64,000 nt of DNA from Vitreimonas sp. GTDB taxonomy: Bacteria; Pseudomonadota; Alphaproteobacteria; Caulobacterales; Aquidulcibacteraceae. The position numbers and the translations under genes were made by a program. The stretch spans positions 1,538 through 65,537 of the forward strand of contig JBAQGO010000114.1 of the NCBI GenBank assembly GCA_049287825.1. Reading direction: 5' to 3'. Below the pieces are notes generated by a model. The model had not been told where the DNA came from, made no database searches, and saw only the letters and a list, made by a program, of their open reading frames with translations. Below, piece by piece: positions 8,899-17,305 of this stretch (positions are counted from its first letter, which is position 1; the number at the start of each line of letters is the position of its first letter).

Positions 8899-10857
8899 TC
8901 ATGCCGCGAGCGTCTCGCGTGAATCTAACGCGTCGCTTGCTGTTGCCGTGCGTATTTGCCGCCGCAAAACAACGCTAGCGCGGGCGCCTTTGCCCGGGCC
9001 TTCGCTTTCGATGGAAAGCGTTCCCCCTAATGCGGTCATTGTATTCGCACACCAGTGCAGGCCGAGCCCTCCGGCGCGTCCCTTCTTCGATGAATGGCCG
9101 CGTTCGAAAAGCTTGGGAGCGCTGTCAGAGGAGAAGCCGCGACCGTCGTCAGTGATGGTGAGGGTTATCATGTCGTCGTCTGCAGCGCTGATTTTGGATA
9201 AGCTGACATCAATCCGCCCTTGGTGTCGTCCTCCCGCTACAATGGCTTCCACCGCGTTGGTGAAGAGGTTGCCGACGATTTGAGACATCAGCAGCCGGTT
9301 GGAACGCACCAGCATCCCTTGCTTTGGCAGCACTACTTCGATCTCGCCCCACGGGGCAAAGCGCGCCAGCAGTGCGTTCTTCTGAAGAATTTCCAGAATA
9401 TCGAACTGCTCCAGTGTGATTCTGGCATGGGCTGTCTCGTTCTGCAGGTTGAGGATATCGAGCGCCTCCGACAACGAGGTCTTGGCTGTGAGTAGGGAGG
9501 CGCGCCGCGCCGCGTCGCGTTGCTCTATATCGTTGACCACGCCGGTCAAAAACGCGGCGAGACGCTCGCGCCGCTCGGCGTCGGTTGCACCAGCCGACAA
9601 TTCATCGATCGCCAAGAAGACGTTCTGGCTCTTCACGGGGGCTTGTTCAGCGATGACTTGGGACAAAATCACAGTCACAGGATTAAGCGAATTGCGTACA
9701 TTGTGTATCGCGCTGGCGGCTGACTCGCTTTTTCCCAATTCGTAGGACTGGATCTCTACCTGTTCACTGAGCTCCTTGAGCTGTGCGAGCATGGCGTTGA
9801 AGGTGCGGCTGAGAGAGCCGACCTCGTCCAAGCTGGAGTTGGCCGGCAGCGCCAAGAGCTCGCCGCTCCTTGCGACATCACGCATGTGGTCGTCGATGCT
9901 GCGAAGGCGATGCACCACCACCACACGCATCAGGAACGCCAGTCCCATGAGTGCGACCGCCATGATCAGCGTAATCGTGACCAGCGCGGATAAGATCGTA
10001 GAGGCGCCAAGAGCTGACGTGGTCCGGGGCGCTTGGAAGTTCAGAGACCCAATCGAATGGCGGTCGGAGCCGAGGATGGGAACGCTAACCTGCCAATGAC
10101 CAGGCAAACGCACGCTCACAACGTGTGACGGCGCTTGCAAATTGATAGTGGTGTCGACTTGCAGCGCGGCTCGCGCGGTCTGGGGCGCCAGTTGACGCGC
10201 CATAAGCACATAGCCCCTCGGCGTTCCCGAACCATCGCTCTTGACGACCTGGGCGCCCCCAACGACGAAAATGTGGCCATTGAACTGAACGAAGGTCGAA
10301 AAGCTTGTGTGGGTGCGCGCCAGATTCAAAATCGATGGCGAGGTGGTCAGTTCGCGAAAGGCGCGACTGAGCGAAGGCGCTTCTGCTTGCGTGCTTTGGT
10401 CGACGACAAGTGAATAGATCGCATGACCGTCAAGCTGGGCGTAGCTGATCGCGTCGATGCCGGCGTTGACCACACTGAGTGGCGTTAGAGCCTCGGCCTC
10501 GAACGCATGATCGTGATTGGCCACGTAGTTGAAGCTGCCGTCCCATACGGCATAGTTCTTAGTGTCGTCTGTGATCTTTGACAGCGCGCTTTCGAGTAAA
10601 GCATCAGCGCGGCCGACTTGGCTGCGCACACTGTCACGCTCAAGGCGATCGAACGACGGCCGGATGGTCATGTCCAGCATCAATCCGCCGAGCAAGAGCC
10701 CGACGAGACCGATTGAAGCAACGATCAAGCTAAGCTTCGAAGCAAGCCGCAGTTGCCGCCACCAGGCTCGCGCCTTTCCCGCCCCCGCGCTCTGCATAGT
10801 GCGCTGCAGCGCAGCGCTGCCCGCGCGAACCAAACTCGCCATCGTCGCTTTGGTCAT
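8899..10857 (-). CDS. membrane sensor histidine kinase, CHASE4-HAMP-kinase
   Basis: TM, then a periplasmic CHASE4-like region (NYAVWDGSFNYVANHD...), a second TM, a HAMP-like linker (LSRTFNAMLAQL), a His region (AIHNVRNSLNP) and an ATPase (NLFTNAVEAI, DDGRGF, GGLGLHW). Its ATG overlaps the stop of the upstream gene (ATGA at 10857). Confidence 0.85.
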   Translation of the reverse strand: MTKATMASLVRAGSAALQRTMQSAGAGKARAWWRQLRLASKLSLIVASIGLVGLLLGGLMLDMTIRPSFDRLERDSVRSQVGRADALLESALSKITDDTKNYAVWDGSFNYVANHDHAFEAEALTPLSVVNAGIDAISYAQLDGHAIYSLVVDQSTQAEAPSLSRAFRELTTSPSILNLARTHTSFSTFVQFNGHIFVVGGAQVVKSDGSGTPRGYVLMARQLAPQTARAALQVDTTINLQAPSHVVSVRLPGHWQVSVPILGSDRHSIGSLNFQAPRTTSALGASTILSALVTITLIMAVALMGLAFLMRVVVVHRLRSIDDHMRDVARSGELLALPANSSLDEVGSLSRTFNAMLAQLKELSEQVEIQSYELGKSESAASAIHNVRNSLNPVTVILSQVIAEQAPVKSQNVFLAIDELSAGATDAERRERLAAFLTGVVNDIEQRDAARRASLLTAKTSLSEALDILNLQNETAHARITLEQFDILEILQKNALLARFAPWGEIEVVLPKQGMLVRSNRLLMSQIVGNLFTNAVEAIVAGGRHQGRIDVSLSKISAADDDMITLTITDDGRGFSSDSAPKLFERGHSSKKGRAGGLGLHWCANTMTALGGTLSIESEGPGKGARASVVLRRQIRTATASDALDSRETLAA

Positions 10858-12731
10858 CAGCTTGCCGCCGCTGTTTGTTCAGTATGCGCCGGTACCTGGG
10901 CTGTGATGGCCTCAGCGCTCGCCGCATCGACGGGATATCCGAACCAATAACCTTGCATGTGCGAGCAGCCGGCGAGTTGCAGCGCGTGATGTTGAAACTG
11001 ATCTTCAACGCCTTCTGCGACCACCGAAAGGCCCATGGAACGCGCCAGCTGCGTCATGGCGCTGACGATCGCGGTCGCGTTGGTTTCCTTACCCAGGGCG
11101 CCGACGAAGGATTTGTCGATCTTAATGCAATTGATGTTGAAATTTCTGAGATTGAACAGGCTCGAATAACCGGTGCCGAAGTCATCCAAGGCGACACGGA
11201 ATCCGGCCGCCTGCAGGTCATTCAAAACCACGGCCGCATCATCGACATTCTCAAAAAGCGCGGTTTCGGTGAGTTCGATTTGAATTCGCCCTGGGGGCAG
11301 TCCCGCGCGCGCCACCGCATCCAGCAATTTTTGCTTCAGCTGCGGGCGCAAGAATTGGCGCGGCGAGAAGTTGATCGACACGTATTGGCCGGGCCAAGCC
11401 TTGCAGGCCTCGAGGGCGCGGGGAATGACCCAATCACCAAGTTGGTGAATGAGGATGCTTTCTTCGGCGATCGGGATGAAGAGGCTGGGCGAGAGCGACC
11501 CGAATTCGGGGCTGTCCCAACGAATGAGCGCTTCAAAGCCGACGACACCGAGGTTCTCTTGGCTAACGATGGGTTGAAAGGCGAGAGAGAGCTCGTCGGC
11601 CTCAAGCGCTTTGCGCAGACCGTTTTCAATCTTCAATCGAAAGCGCGCGCTTTCATCGAGAGTCGGATCGAAAAATTGAACCTGGCCCCGGCCTGCGCGC
11701 TTGGCCGCATAAAGGGCAAGATCGGCGCGACGGGCGATGTCGGTCTTGTCACGCTCGTGCTCAAGCGCGAAGGCAACGCCAAGCGAGGCGCCGACCTTCA
11801 CCGCATGGCCAAAGATTGACCGTTCCTCCTGACAGAGCGCGATGATGTCTTCACAGATGTCGCGAACACATTTTTCGTCCGCATCCGGTACGATGATGCC
11901 GAATTCATCTCCGCCGATACGTGCGGCCAGTGCGCCGGAGGGCAAATTTTCCTTCAGACTTTCCCAAATCGAGCGCACGAGTTCGTCGCCCGCGGCGTGG
12001 CCGAAATTGTCGTTGACGGCCTTGAAGCGATCGAGGTCGAGCATGGCCACCGCATAATTCTTGGAGCGGGCTTGCACTCGCTCAGTAAGTTCTCGCAGAA
12101 AGGCCGCGCGGTTCGGCGCACCGGTGAGCGAATCATGGAACGCCGCATGGCGAATTCGCGCTTCACTCGCCTGCAACTGCGTATTGGCATCCTGCAGGAG
12201 CCTTACGTGGTCCTCGAGTTTGACGCGTGCGGCCTTCAACTCCGCCTCGCTTTGCCAGCGATGGCAAAGAGAGCGCGCAAGATGCATTACTTCCTCGATC
12301 TCGAAGGGCTTGGCGACATAGAAGAGCTTGTCGAGCGGGCCCGCAACCTTTGCGACTTCGAGCGGCGAATTGTCTGAATAGCCCGTTACCATGATCAGAT
12401 AGGCGTCTTGGTCGAGGTTGCGTATTTGCTGGGCCGTGGCCTTGCCGTCCATGCCTGGCGGCATGCGCATATCGAGGAAGATGGCTTGGAATGGCGCACC
12501 GGCCGCCAAGCTTTTCTTTACCGTCGCGACGGCGGCATCGCCTTGCTCGACGTAGGTGATTTCAAAATTGAACTCGGTACTGGTCGGTGTGGCGTCGTCA
12601 CCGCCTCCTGGAAAGAGCGAAGTCTCCAATGCCGACAAGTCGCTGTGCGCTTGAGATTGGATGATCGAGGTAAAGGCTGACCGATAGGCCGCCAGCACGC
12701 CGCGATCGTCATCGCAGACCAGAATTCGCAT
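10857..12731 (-). CDS. response regulator with GGDEF and EAL domains
   Basis: REC (MRILVCDDD..., DMRMPPGMDG), GGDEF (RIGGDEFGII) and EAL (FEALIRW, DDFGTGYSS, EGVED). Start set at the MRILV ATG. Confidence 0.9.
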   Translation of the reverse strand: MRILVCDDDRGVLAAYRSAFTSIIQSQAHSDLSALETSLFPGGGDDATPTSTEFNFEITYVEQGDAAVATVKKSLAAGAPFQAIFLDMRMPPGMDGKATAQQIRNLDQDAYLIMVTGYSDNSPLEVAKVAGPLDKLFYVAKPFEIEEVMHLARSLCHRWQSEAELKAARVKLEDHVRLLQDANTQLQASEARIRHAAFHDSLTGAPNRAAFLRELTERVQARSKNYAVAMLDLDRFKAVNDNFGHAAGDELVRSIWESLKENLPSGALAARIGGDEFGIIVPDADEKCVRDICEDIIALCQEERSIFGHAVKVGASLGVAFALEHERDKTDIARRADLALYAAKRAGRGQVQFFDPTLDESARFRLKIENGLRKALEADELSLAFQPIVSQENLGVVGFEALIRWDSPEFGSLSPSLFIPIAEESILIHQLGDWVIPRALEACKAWPGQYVSINFSPRQFLRPQLKQKLLDAVARAGLPPGRIQIELTETALFENVDDAAVVLNDLQAAGFRVALDDFGTGYSSLFNLRNFNINCIKIDKSFVGALGKETNATAIVSAMTQLARSMGLSVVAEGVEDQFQHHALQLAGCSHMQGYWFGYPVDAASAEAITAQVPAHTEQTAAAS

Positions 12732-12813
12732 TGAGAAATTCTTTCTCTGAACAGGAGGCAGGCTAGCAGAGCCACATTGCCAGACCTCTAATATTGGAAG
12801 TGGACTGAGTTCT

Positions 12814-13200
12814 TCATGCGGCGCGCAACCGGCGGGCCTTTTGCAGAGGCAATGTGCTGGCGCCATACCTCTCGGTTTTCTTCAGACCGAATACTGCGCG
12901 CGCGATGACCGGTGGCAGCGGTGTGACCATCGGTTCCGGCGTTGCCTTGGGCTTTCGTGTCGCGGCGCGATAAAAGCCCAGCACGCTAATAGCCGTCCAG
13001 ATGCACTCCTGGCAGATCGTACCAAAGTCGCCTGGATCGAACTGACGCGATGCGGCGATCAGGACTAAGGTCGAGCCAATCCCATTTATAAGGTAAAAGA
13101 GCCGTGTGTCGGCGCTGATTTTGCCGATGCTGACAGCTGCATAGACGCCAACGGCGCACGTCGCGCCAATCACCCCGACAACAGCAAATACGCCATCCAT
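12814..13200 (-). CDS. small multi-TM membrane protein
   Basis: Internal ATG (MDGVFAVVGVIGATCAVGVYAAV...) was chosen because the longer ORF overlaps the decarboxylase gene. About three hydrophobic helices. Confidence 0.45.
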   Translation of the reverse strand: MDGVFAVVGVIGATCAVGVYAAVSIGKISADTRLFYLINGIGSTLVLIAASRQFDPGDFGTICQECIWTAISVLGFYRAATRKPKATPEPMVTPLPPVIARAVFGLKKTERYGASTLPLQKARRLRAA

Positions 13201-13265
13201 GACAGGCTCATGCAAGACCGAGCGCAGCTCTAACAAAAAAGTTGCACAACATTCTGTGCGGCTAG

Positions 13266-14612
13266 TTACGGCTCTATGGTTATAATTTTGTTTGCCGAGA
13301 AGCCGTTGAACGCCGTGCGCGTTGCAAGGCTGTAGGCGCCCATCATCGAGATCTCGATCCGGTCGCCTTCGGCGATGTCGGTCGGCAAAGTAAGGGGAGC
13401 GCCGAGCACGTCGTCGGAATCGCAAGTTGGGCCGTAGACTTTAAAGTCGGTGGTATCGGCAGCGCTGTCGCGGCCGATAATGCGCGCAGGCCGGCGCTCT
13501 TTCGGGTGGCGCAGTTCCTGGAGGCTGCCGAAGATGCCGTCGTTGATGTAGATAATGTCGTCTTTACGCACCAGCACCTGGGCAATGATGCTGCCGCCGG
13601 TGGCGACCAGGCTGCGGCCTGGCTCACAGAAGAGCTGGCAATCGCGGGGCAGGGGGAGCCTACGCAGACCTGTCTCAATCGCCTCGAAATAACGCTCCAG
13701 TGGCGCGACATCATCACCAGGATAGGCGGCGGGAAATCCCCCGCCCACGTTCAGCACAGCGAGTGGAACCCCGGCATCGCGTAACACGTCCTCGCACAGC
13801 GACAGCGCTGCTGAGAAACTTTGCGGCGCGAGGCATTGCGAACCGACATGGAAGGTGATGCCTGCGCGCAAGCCGGTTGCTTGAATGCGCTGGAGAAGTG
13901 CGACCGCGGCGTCAGGCTTCGCGCCGAACTTCGTCGTCAGCGCGTATCGCGCGTCACTCACACCGGTGGCCAAACGCACGGCAATCATCAAATTGTCGGT
14001 TTGGGCCTCAGCCAACACCTTATCGAGTTCACTTTCGTGATCGATGGCATAGAACTTAACGCCATGGTCTGCTGCAGCGATGCGAATGGCCGAACGCGCT
14101 TTGATCGGGTTGTTGAAGAACATTTCCGATCGGGCGCCGAAGAGATCGTGGATTTGCTCAATCTCACCGATTGACGCGACATCGAAGTTCGTGATGCCCG
14201 CGGAATACAAGGTTTGCAGAACCAGCGGATGCGGGTTGCACTTTACGGCATAGAGGACGCGACCGGGGAAGGAGGCGAAGAGGCCAGCCGCGTGCATGAG
14301 ATGTTGGGGATGAAGGCAGAATACAGGTTCTGCCGGCTGCAATGCCTCCACGGCGTGCTCAATACTGGCATAGCGAGACACATCCGGCGCAATGGAAGCG
14401 CATGCGCGAATGGTTGCGAGTTCGTCAATAGCTGCGCGCATGGACTGAAACGCGTTGAGCGCCTTGGCATCGGGTGAAAGCGCGTGCTGTTGGCTATCGG
14501 CCTCCCCAGTACGCAATACGCGCGCTGTTTCAGCGCTCGTTGATGCGACCGGCATGTAGTGCTTGTAAGCACGCTCCGCTGGCGCGGTGAGGTCTGGACG
14601 CGTCAGCGACAT
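13266..14612 (-). CDS. type III PLP-dependent decarboxylase (ornithine/lysine decarboxylase-like, Orn/DAP/Arg family)
   Basis: YAVKCNPHPLVL (PLP Lys), HVGSQ, GGGFPAAY, EPGRSLV and GPTCDSDD motifs. Confidence 0.85.
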   Translation of the reverse strand: MSLTRPDLTAPAERAYKHYMPVASTSAETARVLRTGEADSQQHALSPDAKALNAFQSMRAAIDELATIRACASIAPDVSRYASIEHAVEALQPAEPVFCLHPQHLMHAAGLFASFPGRVLYAVKCNPHPLVLQTLYSAGITNFDVASIGEIEQIHDLFGARSEMFFNNPIKARSAIRIAAADHGVKFYAIDHESELDKVLAEAQTDNLMIAVRLATGVSDARYALTTKFGAKPDAAVALLQRIQATGLRAGITFHVGSQCLAPQSFSAALSLCEDVLRDAGVPLAVLNVGGGFPAAYPGDDVAPLERYFEAIETGLRRLPLPRDCQLFCEPGRSLVATGGSIIAQVLVRKDDIIYINDGIFGSLQELRHPKERRPARIIGRDSAADTTDFKVYGPTCDSDDVLGAPLTLPTDIAEGDRIEISMMGAYSLATRTAFNGFSANKIITIEP

Positions 14613-15403
14613 TTTTTGATCCCAACCCACGCGTCATTAGCGCAAGTAGGTTGAAAAAGGCTTAGCCATAAGAACGTGGGCTCATCCAGTGAGCAACAAT
14701 TGGTTTACCAAGAAGCGTTTGGGTAACCAATCGAGACGCGCGGAATGATCGCGCCAACCCCTGAGAGGGCTCGATCACGAGCCAGTGTTGTAAAACGCGC
14801 GGGACGTATTTTCGGCGTCACCGAGCTGTTGAGGGAGACGCCAAAAGCGGCGCGCACAAAAAGCGATCGCTCGAACACCAGGCTCCTGCATTTTTTGCGT
14901 TTTCCTTCGGCGCGCCAAATGCTCGTGTTTTGCGTTAGAGGCTCACATTGCGCCTCGAGCCAGCCGATAGGTCTGCGCAATTGCGCCATTGGGAAACGCT
15001 TTCCTCTCGACCGGCTTCAACGGCAGAGGTTTTTCCAGCTCTGTAAAAATCGGCATCTCGACGAAGTGTTCGCGAACCTGGAGCGATCCGCTTTTCGCAA
15101 GCGTTTCGTCTGAATGCGCGTGACGCGGAGTACATCCACAGCAAGGGCGGCGAGATCATTCGCCAGCATGCGCGCGACTTCGTCGCCAAACGCCTCGCGC
15201 CAGCGACGCCCAAGAATGACGCAAGCAGACGCCGATGCGAAGCCATCCTGTAGTTGAGGCTCAGCACGCGACCGCCACGTGTTGCGGGTCGTGCCTGATG
15301 AAGTGGCATGGCATCGCGTCAGGAAAGACGCTCAGCGAAACCGAGCAGGCACACGCGGTCGCTGCCATTGAACGGTGGTTGGGACACGACCGCTGAGGAC
15401 CTC

Positions 15404-15428
15404 GGAACTGGTCGCCTTAGCTCTCGTT
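15404..15428 (+). promoter_or_regulatory. EcfG-type general-stress promoter GGAAC-N16-CGTT
   Basis: GGAAC at 15404-15408, a 16-nt spacer, CGTT at 15425-15428. It lies 30 nt upstream of the SDR ATG (15458). Confidence 0.5.
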
Positions 15429-15457
15429 GCTCGTCTTGAAGCAAGTGGAGCGCGCCC

Positions 15458-16429
15458 ATGCCTCATCCGGAACAGACCGCACAGAGCCATCGCGACATTC
15501 AAGCCGAGCAGGGCGCCAAAACCAATGGCGGTAAGGACGAAGAGAAGAAGGGCGCTGTGCAGGCCGGGGCGCGCAAGTATCCCGAACCGCCATTTCCCAA
15601 ACAGCATCAGCCCAAACCCGGCGACGAAGCCCAGCTTGAACCTGCGCCCATGTACGACGCCCCTTATTATGAAGGGTCCGAGAAGCTGAAAGATAAGGTC
15701 GCCATTGTCACCGGCGGCGATTCTGGAATTGGCCGGTCTGTGGCGGTGCTGTTTGCGCGCGAAGGCGCTGATGTCGCCATCGTCTACCTCTCCGAGCACA
15801 AGGACGCGGAAGAAACCAAACGCGCGGTCGAGGCCGAGGGGCGCCAATGCTTCCTGATGAGCGGCGATGTGTCAGACCGCGCCTTCGCGCAAGATGCCGT
15901 GGCAAAGACGGTCGCCAATCTCGGCAAGCTCGACGTGCTGGTGAACAACGCCGCGTTCCAGTTTCATGTCGACAGGTTTGAAAACCTGACCGAAGAGCAT
16001 TTCGACAAGACGCTGAAGACCAATCTCTACGGCTACTTTCACATGGCCCAAGCGGCAGTACCGCATCTCAAAACCGGCTCGGCCATCGTCAACAATGGCT
16101 CTGTCACCGGGATCATGGGCAACAAGGACCTCCTGGATTACTCGATGACCAAGGGCGGCATCCACGCCTTCACCCGTTCGCTCGCCACCCATCTTGCGCC
16201 GCGCGGCATCCGCGTGAACGCGGTGGCGCCGGGGCCCGTCTGGTCGCCGCTCAATCCCGCCGACAAGGAAGCAGAAGACGTCAGTCAATTCGGCGCTAAG
16301 ACGGTGATGAAGCGCCCCGCACAACCTGAAGAGATTGCCCCAGCCTTCGCGTTTTTGGCGTCGCCACATTGTTCAAGCTATATCACAGGCGAAATTCTGC
16401 CGATCATCGGCGGCTATCAGGGCGGCTAG
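15458..16429 (+). CDS. SDR-family oxidoreductase (YghA / general stress protein 39-like)
   Basis: Charged N-terminal extension, then VAIVTGGDSGIGRSVA (TGxxxGIG), NNAA and YSMTKGGIHAF (YxxxK). Confidence 0.9.
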   Translation: MPHPEQTAQSHRDIQAEQGAKTNGGKDEEKKGAVQAGARKYPEPPFPKQHQPKPGDEAQLEPAPMYDAPYYEGSEKLKDKVAIVTGGDSGIGRSVAVLFAREGADVAIVYLSEHKDAEETKRAVEAEGRQCFLMSGDVSDRAFAQDAVAKTVANLGKLDVLVNNAAFQFHVDRFENLTEEHFDKTLKTNLYGYFHMAQAAVPHLKTGSAIVNNGSVTGIMGNKDLLDYSMTKGGIHAFTRSLATHLAPRGIRVNAVAPGPVWSPLNPADKEAEDVSQFGAKTVMKRPAQPEEIAPAFAFLASPHCSSYITGEILPIIGGYQGG

Positions 16430-16439
16430 AGCGGCGATC

Positions 16440-16465
16440 GGAACTGGCCCGCGCATCATGTCGTT
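16440..16465 (+). promoter_or_regulatory. EcfG-type general-stress promoter GGAAC-N17-CGTT
   Basis: GGAAC at 16440-16444, a 17-nt spacer, CGTT at 16462-16465. It lies 31 nt upstream of the ATG at 16496, and AAGGAGG lies between them. Confidence 0.5.
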
Positions 16466-16495
16466 TTCTCGGCGGTGAGGCCCAAGGAGGCGCGT

Positions 16496-16786
16496 ATGCC
16501 GCGTGGAGAGAAGAGTTCGTATTCATCGAAACAGAAGCGCAAAGCCGAACACATCGAAGAGGGCTCCGAGAAGCGCGGCGTATCGAAGAAGACGGCAAAG
16601 GCGCGCGCCTGGGCCACCGTCAACAAGGAGAGTGGCGGCGGGAAGAAGTCCGGTTCAGGCCGGGGCAAGACCGAAAGCCATGCCTCCTCACGCAAAGGTG
16701 GACGCAAGGCCGCCGAGGGACGCTCTCATGGCGCAAGCGTTCGCGCCGGCAAGAAGGCCGCGAAAACCCCCAAGCGCAGTGCATAA
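16496..16786 (+). CDS. small Lys/Arg/Gly-rich conserved stress protein
   Basis: MPRGEKSSYSSKQKRKAEHIEEGSEKRGVSKKTAKARAWATVNKESGGGKKSG... is a recurring alphaproteobacterial small protein. From memory it is often auto-annotated as a plasmid stabilization protein. Confidence 0.65.
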   Translation: MPRGEKSSYSSKQKRKAEHIEEGSEKRGVSKKTAKARAWATVNKESGGGKKSGSGRGKTESHASSRKGGRKAAEGRSHGASVRAGKKAAKTPKRSA

Positions 16787-16944
16787 CCGCACCGATCATT
16801 TCTCGTCTTCGAAAAACGGAGGGTTGATGATCGTCCCGCTGCTCGATGCGCAAATGGCCGTTCAGAGCAGCGACCAGGGCTCTCATTCATGTGCGCGATG
16901 GGTTGGGCGTTTCTGCGACGATCGCCTCTCCTGCAACCCATGAC

Positions 16945-17301
16945 CTACTGGTTCAACCCGCGGCGCACCGCGTCAGCGACCAGTTCAGGTGAAGCGGGCT
17001 TTCCCAGCACTGGCACGGATGCAAATTCTCCCCCGACCCCGGCGTCGCCATAGCCGCTCATGAACAGAAACGGCACGTTGCGTTCCAGAAGTCTCTTGGC
17101 GACGGGATAGGAGCGGGCGGTCCCGCCCAGATTGATGTCGAGAATAGCGAAGTCGAGGGGATCGGTTTCGGCAAGCGCCAAAGCTTCTTCAAGATGCATG
17201 GCGGGTCCTACGGTCTCGATCCCCATGTCGTTCAGAATATCTTCGAGCGACAAGGCAAGAAGCATTTCATCTTCGACGACAAGAACGCGTTTGGCTTTCA
17301 T
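16945..17301 (-). CDS. single-domain response regulator, FAT GUY type
   Basis: REC fold (VLVVEDE, ILDINLGG, GKP) with PFLFMSGYG matching the PFxFATGY motif. It starts 5 nt after the stop of the HWE kinase. Confidence 0.85.
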   Translation of the reverse strand: MKAKRVLVVEDEMLLALSLEDILNDMGIETVGPAMHLEEALALAETDPLDFAILDINLGGTARSYPVAKRLLERNVPFLFMSGYGDAGVGGEFASVPVLGKPASPELVADAVRRGLNQ

Positions 17302-17305
17302 GCCG

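Noticed and set aside
14631-15403. About 770 bp between the decarboxylase gene and the SDR gene. It holds only short ORFs (14705..14989, 14745..15113, 14935..15309). A startless minus-strand frame reads ...RWREAFGDEVARMLANDLAALAVDVLRVTRIQTKRL...
   Set aside because: No ORF has a convincing start, motif or family resemblance. The startless frame could be a gene relic, but I cannot assign it. The region is left unannotated apart from the EcfG-type promoter at its 3' end.
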